DNA from: Promethearchaeota archaeon | Lineage (GTDB): Archaea > Asgardarchaeota > Lokiarchaeia > Sigyniarchaeales > SOKP01 | Direction of reading: 5' to 3' | Assembly (NCBI GenBank): GCA_030603385.1 | Contig: JAUVXW010000001.1 | Coordinates: forward strand, 224,001-288,000 | DNA: 64,000 bases | Part shown: one piece after another, positions 1 to 9,339 of the stretch | Numbering within the stretch: the first letter of the stretch is position 1 | Layout of the letters: every line of letters starts with the position of its first letter | The notes under the pieces: generated by a model | What the model was told of the DNA's origin: nothing | The model's database searches: none | Seen by the model: only the letters and a program-made list of their open reading frames with translations | Made by a program: the position numbers and the translations under genes

Positions 1-125
1 AGCGATTGCTTGGAATTCCCGAGAATGTAATTGTAGGCCAAATATCCCCAATCGGAACTGGTCGTGTAAACGTGATGTTTGATCTTGATGCTAATCTGGA
101 AATATTAAAACAGCTGAAAAAATAA
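1..125 (+). CDS. rpoA2: RNA polymerase subunit A'' (Rpo1C), 3' end, partial
   Basis: Frame from nt 3 reads RLLGIPENVIVGQISPIGTGRVNVMFDL...*, the conserved C-terminal ENxIVGQxxxxGTG motif; precedes L30e-nusA as usual. Confidence 0.92.
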   Translation, partial: RLLGIPENVIVGQISPIGTGRVNVMFDLDANLEILKQLKK

Positions 126-216
126 AACTCTTTTTGAAAGAATAAAATACACCAAAAAAAACTTAAACATTAAATTATTATTATTACTAATTATATAGAC
201 ACGATTTGAAAATATC

Positions 217-588
217 ATGGCAAAGAAGAAAATTGAAGGCATTACGGAAAAGGTTGATTTATCGCGCAAGAAAAAGAAGGAATTTGATGTTGATACAAAT
301 ATTAGAGTAGCATATAAAACTGGTAAATTTGTCTATGGGAGAAATAGTGTATTAAAACATCTTAGAGAAAGTCTCTTCAAACTATTAATTATCGCAAATA
401 ATTGCCCCGCAGAATTTGAAAGTCAATTAAACTATTACATTTCCCTTATGAAGGATAAAATATATATTCATAAGTATAAAGGATCTTCTTGGGATCTCGG
501 TTTAGCTTGTGCGAAACCTTACATGATCTCTGTTATTGGAGTTGTTCATGAAGGAGATTCAGATCTCTTAACTTTAAAGACTATATGA
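217..588 (+). CDS. rpl30e: 50S ribosomal protein L30e
   Basis: KTGKFVYG, IIANNCP and YKGSSWDLGLACAKPY motifs; synteny with rpoA2-nusA. Confidence 0.95.
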   Translation: MAKKKIEGITEKVDLSRKKKKEFDVDTNIRVAYKTGKFVYGRNSVLKHLRESLFKLLIIANNCPAEFESQLNYYISLMKDKIYIHKYKGSSWDLGLACAKPYMISVIGVVHEGDSDLLTLKTI

Positions 589-615
589 AAATAATTACAA
601 TTATGGATTTTATTT

Positions 616-1092
616 ATGCTAAAAAAAAATATTAAGATTGATAGAGAAGCAATGGAACTTATCTCGTTGTTTAATAATATCTCAGGAGCAATTATAAAGG
701 ATTGTCTAGTATTTAGAAATCTGGAAAATAATTCTGAAGTTATTATCTTTCTTGTAAAGGAAGAAGATGTAGGAAAGGCTATTGGAAAAGCAGGTGAACA
801 TGTTAAAGATTTAAAATCAAAACTTAATAAAAAAATTGATGTAATTGCGTTTTCAGAAGATCTTAATAAATTTATTCAAAATATTTTACAAACTACCAAA
901 AATTCTATCGTGGTTCAAAATATTGAAATAAAAGATAGCAGAAACTTAAAGAAAACAGTTATTATAACTGTACGACCTCAAGATCGTGGAAAAGCAATTG
1001 GTAAAGAAGGATCCATGATAAGAAAAATCAAAGAACTAGTTCTAAGGTATTTTGACGTTGATAACGTAATTATTAATACGAAAAATATCTGA
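616..1092 (+). CDS. nusA: archaeal NusA (two KH domains)
   Basis: Two GKAIGKxG KH motifs; operon position. Confidence 0.95.
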   Translation: MLKKNIKIDREAMELISLFNNISGAIIKDCLVFRNLENNSEVIIFLVKEEDVGKAIGKAGEHVKDLKSKLNKKIDVIAFSEDLNKFIQNILQTTKNSIVVQNIEIKDSRNLKKTVIITVRPQDRGKAIGKEGSMIRKIKELVLRYFDVDNVIINTKNI

Positions 1093-1117
1093 TTCTTATT
1101 GCTTAAAAATTATACTT

Positions 1118-1363
1118 CAAGAAATCCCTTCTGAGAAAGCAAAAATCTCATTATGATCTGGAAGTGATCATCTAGTGTTTCAGGCTTCTATAAAAAAAGC
1201 AGAGAAGAAAGGTTTTCAAGTAACCTGCTTTCTATCAAATAAGGATTCAAAATATATACATTCTAAAAAGGATATACCTGAATTATGTTCTGTTGAAAAT
1301 CTAAATGGATGCATAGAAATTTGTTATAATGCAATAAAAAGCCTTGATCTGAGAATTGAATAA
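1118..1363 (+). pseudogene. C-terminal remnant of an M28-family peptidase
   Basis: Frame reads QEIPSEKAKISL*SGSDHLVF...KYIHSKKD; SDHxxF and YIHSxxD are M28 C-terminal motifs; in-frame TGA at 1154 and no N-terminal part. Confidence 0.6.
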
Positions 1364-1476
1364 ATTATTTTTCTTTTCTTATAGATGAATTAAAATCAAA
1401 ATTAGCAGGGAATTAATTCATATACATAAATTTTAAGTTCTAGGATATATTTTTTCTCAATATACATATTTTAGAT

Positions 1477-1917
1477 TTGGTGAAGAAATTGCCAAAAGGA
1501 CTATATGCTGCGAGAAAGCTTCAAGCGAATAGGAAAAAGTTTAGATGGTCAAAGAAAAAATATAAAAGGAGAAAACTTAAGCTAAAACAGAAATCCGACC
1601 CATTGGAAGGGAGTTGTCAAGCCCTCGGGATAGTACTTCAAAAAGTTGGCCGAGAGAGTAAACAACCTAATTCAGCTATTAGAAAATGCGTGAGGATTCA
1701 ACTGAAGAAAAATGGAAAAAGTGTGACAGCCTTCCTTCCGGGAGATGGGGCGCTTAATTTCATTGAAGAACACGACCGAGTCATAGTTGAAGGAATTGGT
1801 GGAGCCAAAGGAAGAAGTATAGGCGATCTTCCTGGAGTACGTTACAGGGTAGTTAAAGTAAATGGTGTAAGTTTAGAAGCTCTTTTAGCTGGAAAGAAAG
1901 AAAAACCTTTACGTTAA
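1477..1917 (+). CDS. rps12: 30S ribosomal protein S12 (uS12)
   Basis: [12 protein letters not shown] and [13 protein letters not shown] motifs. Confidence 0.97.
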   Translation: MVKKLPKGLYAARKLQANRKKFRWSKKKYKRRKLKLKQKSDPLEGSCQALGIVLQKVGRESKQPNSAIRKCVRIQLKKNGKSVTAFLPGDGALNFIEEHDRVIVEGIGGAKGRSIGDLPGVRYRVVKVNGVSLEALLAGKKEKPLR

Positions 1918-1939
1918 TGAGATAATGGGATAAGGAAAT

Positions 1940-2557
1940 ATGAGCAAAACGAAAAATGAAATTAAGTTTTTTAATAAATGGTCTTTTGATAACGTCACTG
2001 TCAGAGATCGGACACTCGAGAATTATATCAACTTAAAACCGATAATAATTCCTCATTCTGCTGGAAGACATGAACATAGAAGGTTTTGGAAATCTACCAA
2101 AGTATCAATACTTGAACGATTTGTAAATAGATTACTTTCTCCCGGATTTATTGGAAGTAGAATTAGGGGACGTAAAAGTTCATTTAATTCTGGCAAGAAA
2201 GGAAAATTATTGACAAGTATAAAAAATGCATTTGTTTTAATTGAGTTAACTACAGAGCAAAACCCGATTCAAGTTTTCATAGATGCGATAATGAATACAA
2301 CACCTAGAGAAGAGACTACTCGTATCGCGATGGGGGGCATCAGTTATGCGTCAGCAGTAGATATCGCGCCGCAACGCAGAGTTGACTTGGCTTTAAAGTA
2401 TCTATCTCAAGCTATTGCTGCAAGGTCGCATTCTAATGAGAAACAGTTTGAAGAGAACTTAGCACAAGAGTTGATATTAGCAGCAAATAATAGTCAAGAA
2501 TCTAGGGCTGTAAAGCGAAAAGACGAAATAGAAAGAATCGCAGTTTCAGCTAGATAA
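1940..2557 (+). CDS. rps7: 30S ribosomal protein S7 (uS7)
   Basis: NPIQV, PREETTRI, VDIAPQRRVDLAL and ERIAVSAR motifs. Confidence 0.97.
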   Translation: MSKTKNEIKFFNKWSFDNVTVRDRTLENYINLKPIIIPHSAGRHEHRRFWKSTKVSILERFVNRLLSPGFIGSRIRGRKSSFNSGKKGKLLTSIKNAFVLIELTTEQNPIQVFIDAIMNTTPREETTRIAMGGISYASAVDIAPQRRVDLALKYLSQAIAARSHSNEKQFEENLAQELILAANNSQESRAVKRKDEIERIAVSAR

Positions 2558-2814
2558 AGATCCTCATAATAAAAAATCAGCAGATTAACTAGTTTAAGAA
2601 GATTCTGAGGATACTAAGGTTCAAACTATACTCTAGCTCATATAAATAATTAATCTTATTCTTCAGTATTAAAAAAGGATTTAAATTATTTAGATTAGGT
2701 TTAAAATTTCTTTTACTTAAAAGATATACCAATTTCTTTTTTATATTAGTAATAAATTATAGTTATTAAGGGATATTTTAAATCATTAATATGAAGAGGT
2801 GATGATACATTAAG

Positions 2815-2964
2815 GTGTTAAAGAAAAGGCAATGGTTAACAATAAATGAAAAAATGGCAGATATGAGCCCAAAAGAATACTATGAAGAAATTTTTAAAGA
2901 AATTATACAGAAAATTAATGAAAATGAAAATAGGACTAAAAAATATATTAGTATAAAAAAATAA
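2815..2964 (+). CDS. candidate small protein (49 aa), unknown function
   Basis: GTG-started frame LKKRQWLTINEKMADMSPKEYYEEIFKEII...*; GAGGTGA lies upstream; below the ORF-track cutoff. Confidence 0.35.
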   Translation: MLKKRQWLTINEKMADMSPKEYYEEIFKEIIQKINENENRTKKYISIKK

Positions 2965-2986
2965 GGAAATTAAGAATAATTTATTT

Positions 2987-4453
2987 TTACAAACAATAAT
3001 CTATAATAGTGTCCATAGTTGCAAAAGCAAGGTAAGCTCCAATGGGAATCAATGGAATCCAAAACTCGTTACGATCAAAGATCTCTACTTGAAGAATTAA
3101 CATTACAAAACTCAGCAGTAAAAATAGTGTCCATATCCCTAAAGTTCTTGTTTTAATTGGTCTTTTAATAAAGTAATTAGTACCTAAAGCAATAATGGCG
3201 TAATTTAGAATGATTATAAGAGGTATTGGAATCCAGAAACCTTGAGCCCAAAAAATAAACAAAAGTATTGACGTAAAAACTATGAAAAAGTTGATGTAAA
3301 AGAGTGTACGTCTTACTAAATCTTTGTTTTGATCTATTTTATACCAAAGTATCCCGAATGAAATAAAAAAGACCCAAACAGTGATTAGTTCTAATATTTC
3401 TTCAAGCCCAAAACCGGTCTCAATAGCATAATGAGTACCCCCATAAGCAAAAATCATTCCATACCCTAAAATTTGCGTAAGTAGAATATGATATGTTGAA
3501 TTCCCAATCAATGTAACTGCTCGCGAAATTCGCCCATCTGATTTTTTGGGTAAGAATCTCATTGCAAGTAAAAATAGAAAGGCAGAGTATGGAATAATTA
3601 AGAAATGATAATCTCCTCTTAAAAGTGGAACGTCATCAATCATAATCCTAAAGCCAAAAAATTGATGTGCACCAATAAACGCTAAACTAATAGGGTATAT
3701 AATCCACATAAAGAAATTTCTATTATGTTCTAGTTTATATCCAAATGAGAACCACATACCTAAACCAATAGCAGAAAGATAAAATAAAGTACAGGTCATG
3801 AACATATTTAGAATATGTACTTCTTCCCATGAGGTAATTTCTCCAATTAAGAAAAATACAGTTAATTGCATTGCAATCTCAACAACAAAACAAAGAAATA
3901 ATGATAAAATTGGCTTTTTTGTAAATGCTTTATAGAGTAAAGGTAAGATTAAGATAGACTGGAAAAGTATTGGAAGAAACCAATTTCCAGGGCCCCAAAA
4001 AGGTAAAAAACCTATAAATAAGTTTATAAATCCATGACTTGGATAATATTGTCTATGATACATCGCTGAGATATTAAAACCATACATAAATAAACCTATA
4101 AAAGTTGAAACCGCGTATAAGATAAGAAATGGGACAATGTACCGCAAAATTTTGCTTTTAAAATAATTCCAAGAATATAAATCTCTTAGTTTCAGTGTCT
4201 CTCTTCTCTGAAATGATTTACCTGCATTAAATCCCAATATTACTAAAAATACAGGAATTGAGATTCTTTCCCATAGGGTTACACCGATATCGCTTTTTAT
4301 ACTCCAAGATACAATATGATCGAAAATTACTAGAAAAATCATAGCTGCTTTCAAGACGTCCACTTGAAAGAATCGCGATTCATCAGATATCTCTTTATCT
4401 GTCTTAATTAATGCTAATTCACTAATTTGTTTTTGATCTGTCATATAACTCAA
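2987..4453 (-). CDS. acyltransferase family 3 (OafA-like) membrane protein with extra C-terminal TM helices
   Basis: RFFQVDVLKAAMIFLVIFDH, PVFLVILG, GNWFL and IGNSTYHILLTQ motifs; polytopic. Confidence 0.8.
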   Translation of the reverse strand: MSYMTDQKQISELALIKTDKEISDESRFFQVDVLKAAMIFLVIFDHIVSWSIKSDIGVTLWERISIPVFLVILGFNAGKSFQRRETLKLRDLYSWNYFKSKILRYIVPFLILYAVSTFIGLFMYGFNISAMYHRQYYPSHGFINLFIGFLPFWGPGNWFLPILFQSILILPLLYKAFTKKPILSLFLCFVVEIAMQLTVFFLIGEITSWEEVHILNMFMTCTLFYLSAIGLGMWFSFGYKLEHNRNFFMWIIYPISLAFIGAHQFFGFRIMIDDVPLLRGDYHFLIIPYSAFLFLLAMRFLPKKSDGRISRAVTLIGNSTYHILLTQILGYGMIFAYGGTHYAIETGFGLEEILELITVWVFFISFGILWYKIDQNKDLVRRTLFYINFFIVFTSILLFIFWAQGFWIPIPLIIILNYAIIALGTNYFIKRPIKTRTLGIWTLFLLLSFVMLILQVEIFDRNEFWIPLIPIGAYLAFATMDTIIDYCL

Positions 4454-4735
4454 TAAATTTGTGTAATTATAAGAATATCATAATCATATTTTATTCAGAA
4501 AGAAATATAAAAAATAAGGAGTCCAATTATTATTGTCAGAATGAAGTAAATAAAATAGGAATGAGGAACCTTTGATCCTATTCTACAAAACTTGTGACTC
4601 TACTTATTAGTTCTCGCAAAATAAACCAAGATATCACCTGTATATTACCTAAATTAATTCTAAGATTAAAAAAATCCTAAATTTTTATATAATAGATAAT
4701 CATATTATTTAGTTAAGCAGATTTAAAGAATATGT

Positions 4736-6751
4736 ATGGTTTCGATAAGTAAAGTGGATTCCGACAAAAATAATAATTTTTTAGAGAGGCAACTAAAGAC
4801 ATTAGGTAAAAAGATAAGAATAGATATTTTGAAAAAACTAAAAGTTGCTCATAACCATTTTTCCTTTTCGAAACTCCAAAAAGAAGTCCTGGAACATAAT
4901 TTTTCTTCTGTAAATTTCTCTTTTCATTTAAATGCATTAAAAAAATGTGAACTTATTGATTCATCAGAAGAAGGATATTATATAACGAAATTAGGGAAAC
5001 AAATTTTAAATAATATATTATCAATAGAACAGATCCTCACAGATAGATCCAAAACAAGAATGATTAGGACATCTAAATATTCTAAAGAATTATTTGATTC
5101 AAACAAAATAGAAGAATATCTTGTTGTTGAAGGTGAATTAGATGTTTTTTTAGCTAGACAAATTGCTCGAGAAGTTGAAGAGCGTTTAGCTAAAACAAAT
5201 ATTGAATATTTAACTGCTCCATTAATGCGAGAGTATATAAACGCTATTTTATTAGAAAATGGTTTAGAAGAGGTAAGACATAAGCTTACTAGATTAGGAA
5301 CTCCCCCTTATGAAGTATTTAAATTATTCAATTCAAAAGAAAAAGAAATGACACCAGAAAAATTTATAAAAAGACTAGGTTCTGATGTTTCTGAACAATT
5401 TCTACTTTTAAATCTCCTTCCCAAAAATCTCGCAGATTTATATTTAACAGGAGAAATAGCTCTCCTACATTTAAATTATTGGAGTTTAAGGCCTCTAAGT
5501 ATTTATTTAAACACTGATTCTGTTATTAAGTATATTTTAAAGAATAAATCAAATGTATCAAATAATTTTGAAAAAACCGAAGATTCCATAAAAATAATTT
5601 TAGGTTTCTGTGATTTTCTAAATAAATTTAAACGATTTTACTCTGAAGATTTATTGTTAGGAGATTTTAATAACCATTTTCTCACAAATTTAAATTTACC
5701 AGCAAATAAGTCTTATATCATCGATTTATTAACCTCCCAAATGCTCAGTTTTAATGAAAGCTTTAATGATGGTCAATCACATTTATCCTTAGGATTTAAT
5801 AACACACAGTCTCCAACTAATGCTAGTATTTTAACGGACCAACCAGTAACACAAATCTTATATTCTTTTATTGAGAAGTCAGTAAAGAACAATGGGCCAT
5901 TATTGTTGTTTGGATACTCAGATTTTGTTGCTCAAAATTCAACAAGGGATATTCTTAATGATCTTTTTTCTCATTCCCTAAAAAATAATGTAATTCTCCA
6001 AGATAATGGTTTTTTAAATTTGCAAAATTCTACAATAATAAAAATTTTAGATCCAAAACAAAACAAAATCATTTTAGATAAGATTTTAATTAATTTGCAT
6101 ATGATTTCAGTAGAAGCAAAGCAAAATGATGACACATTTATTGAATTGTTACAGGACAAAATGGAATCGATTTTTAAATTATTCAATTTTAAGAAAAACC
6201 TTGTAAACAAAAAATTAAGTACGGTTAATGATTGGATTAAAATAATCCCGCAGGTATTTGGTGAAAAAGAAGATTGCATAATAAAGGATTCAATAAAGTC
6301 AATAAGTTTTTTTGGATTAAATAAAGCAATTCTAAATCATTGTGGTATAGAACTTGATAGAACGGAAACTAGTACTTCATTTGCATTAAATATCTTATCT
6401 TTTATGAAAAAACTTATTGAAGAAAAGAATGAATTAGAAAATGAATACTATACTTTGACGCAACCCCATAATGATAAATATTTACAAGATTGCTGGAATA
6501 ATGGAATCTCACATAGTGGACACAACATTTACTATTATTCATCTAAAATTATTAGAGAGAACTCTACTTTATCTTTAGTTAAAAAAATTTCCCTATTTAA
6601 AAAATTTGAAAATATATTAAATGGGGGGTCAATATTTGATCAATCTATTAATGCAAATGATATCTCCCTTAACAATTATCTAAAAATGTTAATTGATTCA
6701 AAAATTAATGCTTTTTCTTTAAGTAATTTTGAAAATTATGTAAGAAATTAA
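4736..6751 (+). CDS. winged-HTH + ATP-cone + degenerate class III ribonucleotide reductase (NrdD-like) fusion
   Basis: N-terminal ArsR-like wHTH (RIDILKKL...FSFHLNALKKCELI...YYITKLG); NrdD-type ATP-cone (IRTSK...FDSNKI...YLTAPLMREYINA...TRLG); no C-terminal Zn site or RxxGY motif. Confidence 0.75.
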   Translation: MVSISKVDSDKNNNFLERQLKTLGKKIRIDILKKLKVAHNHFSFSKLQKEVLEHNFSSVNFSFHLNALKKCELIDSSEEGYYITKLGKQILNNILSIEQILTDRSKTRMIRTSKYSKELFDSNKIEEYLVVEGELDVFLARQIAREVEERLAKTNIEYLTAPLMREYINAILLENGLEEVRHKLTRLGTPPYEVFKLFNSKEKEMTPEKFIKRLGSDVSEQFLLLNLLPKNLADLYLTGEIALLHLNYWSLRPLSIYLNTDSVIKYILKNKSNVSNNFEKTEDSIKIILGFCDFLNKFKRFYSEDLLLGDFNNHFLTNLNLPANKSYIIDLLTSQMLSFNESFNDGQSHLSLGFNNTQSPTNASILTDQPVTQILYSFIEKSVKNNGPLLLFGYSDFVAQNSTRDILNDLFSHSLKNNVILQDNGFLNLQNSTIIKILDPKQNKIILDKILINLHMISVEAKQNDDTFIELLQDKMESIFKLFNFKKNLVNKKLSTVNDWIKIIPQVFGEKEDCIIKDSIKSISFFGLNKAILNHCGIELDRTETSTSFALNILSFMKKLIEEKNELENEYYTLTQPHNDKYLQDCWNNGISHSGHNIYYYSSKIIRENSTLSLVKKISLFKKFENILNGGSIFDQSINANDISLNNYLKMLIDSKINAFSLSNFENYVRN

Positions 6752-6778
6752 AAATTAGAAGTGATATCTTCGGTTCCT

Positions 6779-7696
6779 TTATTCTATCATTAATTCTGCT
6801 AAAAGGGCTTTTCTCATCGGAATACCATAAGAAGCTTGTTTAAAATAAATTGCCTTTTCAGAATTATCAACACCAGGAGAAATTTCTGTTATTCGAGGTA
6901 AAGGATGTAATAAACGAAATTCATCCTTTGTGTTTTCAAGATCATTTTCTCTAAAAGTGTAAAAATCTTTCACTTTTTCATATTCTTCTAAATCAATAAA
7001 CCTTTCTTTCTGAACTCGGGTCATATAAAGTACATCTAATATGTTTAAAATCTTTCTGTAATCCGTTATTTCCTTATATTTCATATGTCGTTGTTGTAAG
7101 AAATCTTTATCTCGATTTCTCATTTTCAATTCGACAGGACTTATGAAATAAATATTAACATCAAAATTAGATAAAAGAATTGAGAGTGAATGGACTGTTC
7201 TGCCATACTTAAGGTCTCCCATTAATCCTATATTCAAGCCATTCAATGTGCCGAATTCTTCAGTTATGGTTAAGAGATCTAATAATGCTTGAGTGGGATG
7301 TTCTCCACTTCCAGAACCCGCATTAATGACTGGGACCTGTGCGAATTTTGAAGCCATTCTCGCAGCACCTTCAAGCGAGTGCCTCATCACAATACAATCA
7401 CAATAATTTTCTACTGTCCTAATTGTATCCGCAATACTCTCGCCTTTTTTAATGGAGGAAACATCTCCAGAATGAAACCCAATTACATTCCCTCCTAATC
7501 TATACATGGCAGATTCAAAACTAAGTCGAGTACGAGTAGAAGGTTCGAAAAACAAGGTTGCAAGAATTTTACCCCTCAGAAGATTTGAGTTTCTTTCACT
7601 TATCATTTCTTTGCCTTTATTCAAGAAATACGCAATATCTTCTCTATCAAATTGCTTTGCACTTATTATTCCTTCGGCAAATTTCTCATGAAGCAT
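6779..7696 (-). CDS. pyrB: aspartate carbamoyltransferase catalytic subunit
   Basis: FFEPSTRTRLSFE, HPTQALLD, GDLKYGRTVHS and HPLPR motifs. Confidence 0.97.
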   Translation of the reverse strand: MLHEKFAEGIISAKQFDREDIAYFLNKGKEMISERNSNLLRGKILATLFFEPSTRTRLSFESAMYRLGGNVIGFHSGDVSSIKKGESIADTIRTVENYCDCIVMRHSLEGAARMASKFAQVPVINAGSGSGEHPTQALLDLLTITEEFGTLNGLNIGLMGDLKYGRTVHSLSILLSNFDVNIYFISPVELKMRNRDKDFLQQRHMKYKEITDYRKILNILDVLYMTRVQKERFIDLEEYEKVKDFYTFRENDLENTKDEFRLLHPLPRITEISPGVDNSEKAIYFKQASYGIPMRKALLAELMIE

Positions 7697-7856
7697 TTAA
7701 ATTCTCATTTATAATGTTTTTATTAACATTATGAAAGTAAGATTTAAATTTTTTATTATTAAACTATGGTTTTTCAAAAGAAATAGGCTAAACTAATAAA
7801 ATTTAAAATTTATAAATAATTAAATTAGTTAATTAGATAAAATTAATATTTTAAAT

Positions 7857-8138
7857 ATGAAGTACCCTAAAACCACAAGGAAATATTGCCCCAGTTGTCG
7901 TTCACATCAGATACATAATGTTTCATTGTACAAAAAGGGCAAAGAACGTGCTCTTAATCATGGAAGACGTCGATTAGAGAGGAAGAAAAGAGGTTATGGA
8001 AGTTTTCCAAAAGAGATTTTTAAAAAAAACGCAAAAACTAATAAAAGAAGCACTCCTGTTTTAGAATGTACTAAGTGCAATAAGAAGCAATACGCCAAAT
8101 CCTATCGTGTTAAAAGACTTGAATTACAAGAAGTATAA
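7857..8138 (+). CDS. rpl44e: 50S ribosomal protein L44e
   Basis: YCPSC...CTKC zinc finger; KKRGYGSFPK. Confidence 0.95.
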   Translation: MKYPKTTRKYCPSCRSHQIHNVSLYKKGKERALNHGRRRLERKKRGYGSFPKEIFKKNAKTNKRSTPVLECTKCNKKQYAKSYRVKRLELQEV

Positions 8139-8159
8139 CCAATAAGGAGGTAAAAATTA

Positions 8160-8366
8160 ATGGCAAACAATAAAAAATCAAAAATTCTAATACCGCAACC
8201 AAAAAGTAGGTTTTTACGTGTGAAATGTTTAAATTGCGGAAACCAGCAAATTATTTTTGGATGTTCGGCAACTGATGTGGAATGTTTAGTGTGTGGAAAA
8301 ACTTTACTCCAATCCACGGGTGGTAAAGCTCGAATTCTTACTAAAATTTTAGAAGTTCTTTCTTAA
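8160..8366 (+). CDS. rps27e: 30S ribosomal protein S27e
   Basis: [20 protein letters not shown]...CLVCG...TGGKA. Confidence 0.96.
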   Translation: MANNKKSKILIPQPKSRFLRVKCLNCGNQQIIFGCSATDVECLVCGKTLLQSTGGKARILTKILEVLS

Positions 8367-8403
8367 TTACAAATTTTTGCGTTCTATTCCTTCTTGATTT
8401 AAT

Positions 8404-8429
8404 AAGTTCGTGAAACCGAACTTTCACGA
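8404..8429. repeat. overlapping inverted repeats between convergent rps27e and tfs (possible terminator or RNA structure)
   Basis: AAGTTCG/CGAACTT (8404-8423) and TCGTGAAA/TTTCACGA (8408-8429). Confidence 0.45.
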
Positions 8430-8485
8430 TTAAACTTCAATATCGTAGTAATATAATTATTTAGTTTTCCAGATAAAAAATTTTA

Positions 8486-8818
8486 TTACTCTTCACGCCA
8501 CGTGTGTTTACACTTTACACATCTAAAAAAATGAGTACTTGGCTCATCAGAGCTTCTAATTTGTATATGCCAAGTTTCAGCCTCCTTATGTTGACATTTG
8601 GGGCAAATTTTTTTAACTATAGGATGAATAGAAATTTTATCTTCTTTGTTAACTATTATCAGATTTTTTTCTAAAGCTTCTTTCTTCTTCTGAACACTTT
8701 CAAAATCTATTGCAGTGTCTAGATTTTCTTGATAACCACACTTACATGCAAGATATCCGTTTCCATCTTCCGTTTTTTTGCGTAAAAGATTTGAACACTC
8801 TGGACAGAATTGTACCAT
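8486..8818 (-). CDS. tfs: transcription factor S (TFS/RpoM family)
   Basis: FCPECSNLL N-terminal Zn ribbon; CPKC...QIRSSDEPSTHFFRCVKC with catalytic DE. Confidence 0.93.
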   Translation of the reverse strand: MVQFCPECSNLLRKKTEDGNGYLACKCGYQENLDTAIDFESVQKKKEALEKNLIIVNKEDKISIHPIVKKICPKCQHKEAETWHIQIRSSDEPSTHFFRCVKCKHTWREE

Positions 8819-8843
8819 TTGTTATATCCTATAGTTTTTCTTA

Positions 8844-9161
8844 TTATTCATATTCCTTTTTTAATTCATAAAGCTTTAGATAGTATTTAAAATTTAATTT
8901 ATTCATGTCTTGGATGATTTCTGCCACAATTGTTTTTCCTCCATCCATACTAATGACAAGTTCACCAATGACATTAATTAAATCATTTTTCTTATTTCTA
9001 AAATCAAGATTTTTAATATCAACATTAATTTGTCCGGTTTTATCATCTAAAATGAGGTGTTCTTTTTCAATAAGATCTTTTATATAACCAGTTACTTGAA
9101 TTCTAACATCATTATTTTTGATATCTTTTATCGTTCTTTGTTTCGCAGATTGTGATGACAT
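8844..9161 (-). CDS. small OB-fold protein, RPA small-subunit-like
   Basis: VRIQVTGYI...LILDDKTGQINV...INVIG...AEIIQDM OB-fold pattern; next to PCNA and primase. Confidence 0.7.
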   Translation of the reverse strand: MSSQSAKQRTIKDIKNNDVRIQVTGYIKDLIEKEHLILDDKTGQINVDIKNLDFRNKKNDLINVIGELVISMDGGKTIVAEIIQDMNKLNFKYYLKLYELKKEYE

Positions 9162-9339
9162 TTTTTCTTTAAAAAACTCAAAATTTAATACTACTATACA
9201 TTGAAAATTTAGGATAAGTATAAATAATTAATTTAATACATAGAATTGATTTTATTAAAAGACTAATATTAAACATTATTAATAATGCTAATAAAACATT
9301 ATTATCTTAATTATAATTGAATAAAGGTACTGAAAGAAT

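Noticed and set aside
1154-1156. In-frame TGA as selenocysteine
   Set aside because: The position appears to correspond to a Gly-type residue before the SDH motif in a truncated fragment; no SECIS recognised
2560-2612. ATCCTCA/TGAGGAT inverted repeat after rps7 as an ncRNA
   Set aside because: Only 7 bp with poor internal pairing; compatible with chance
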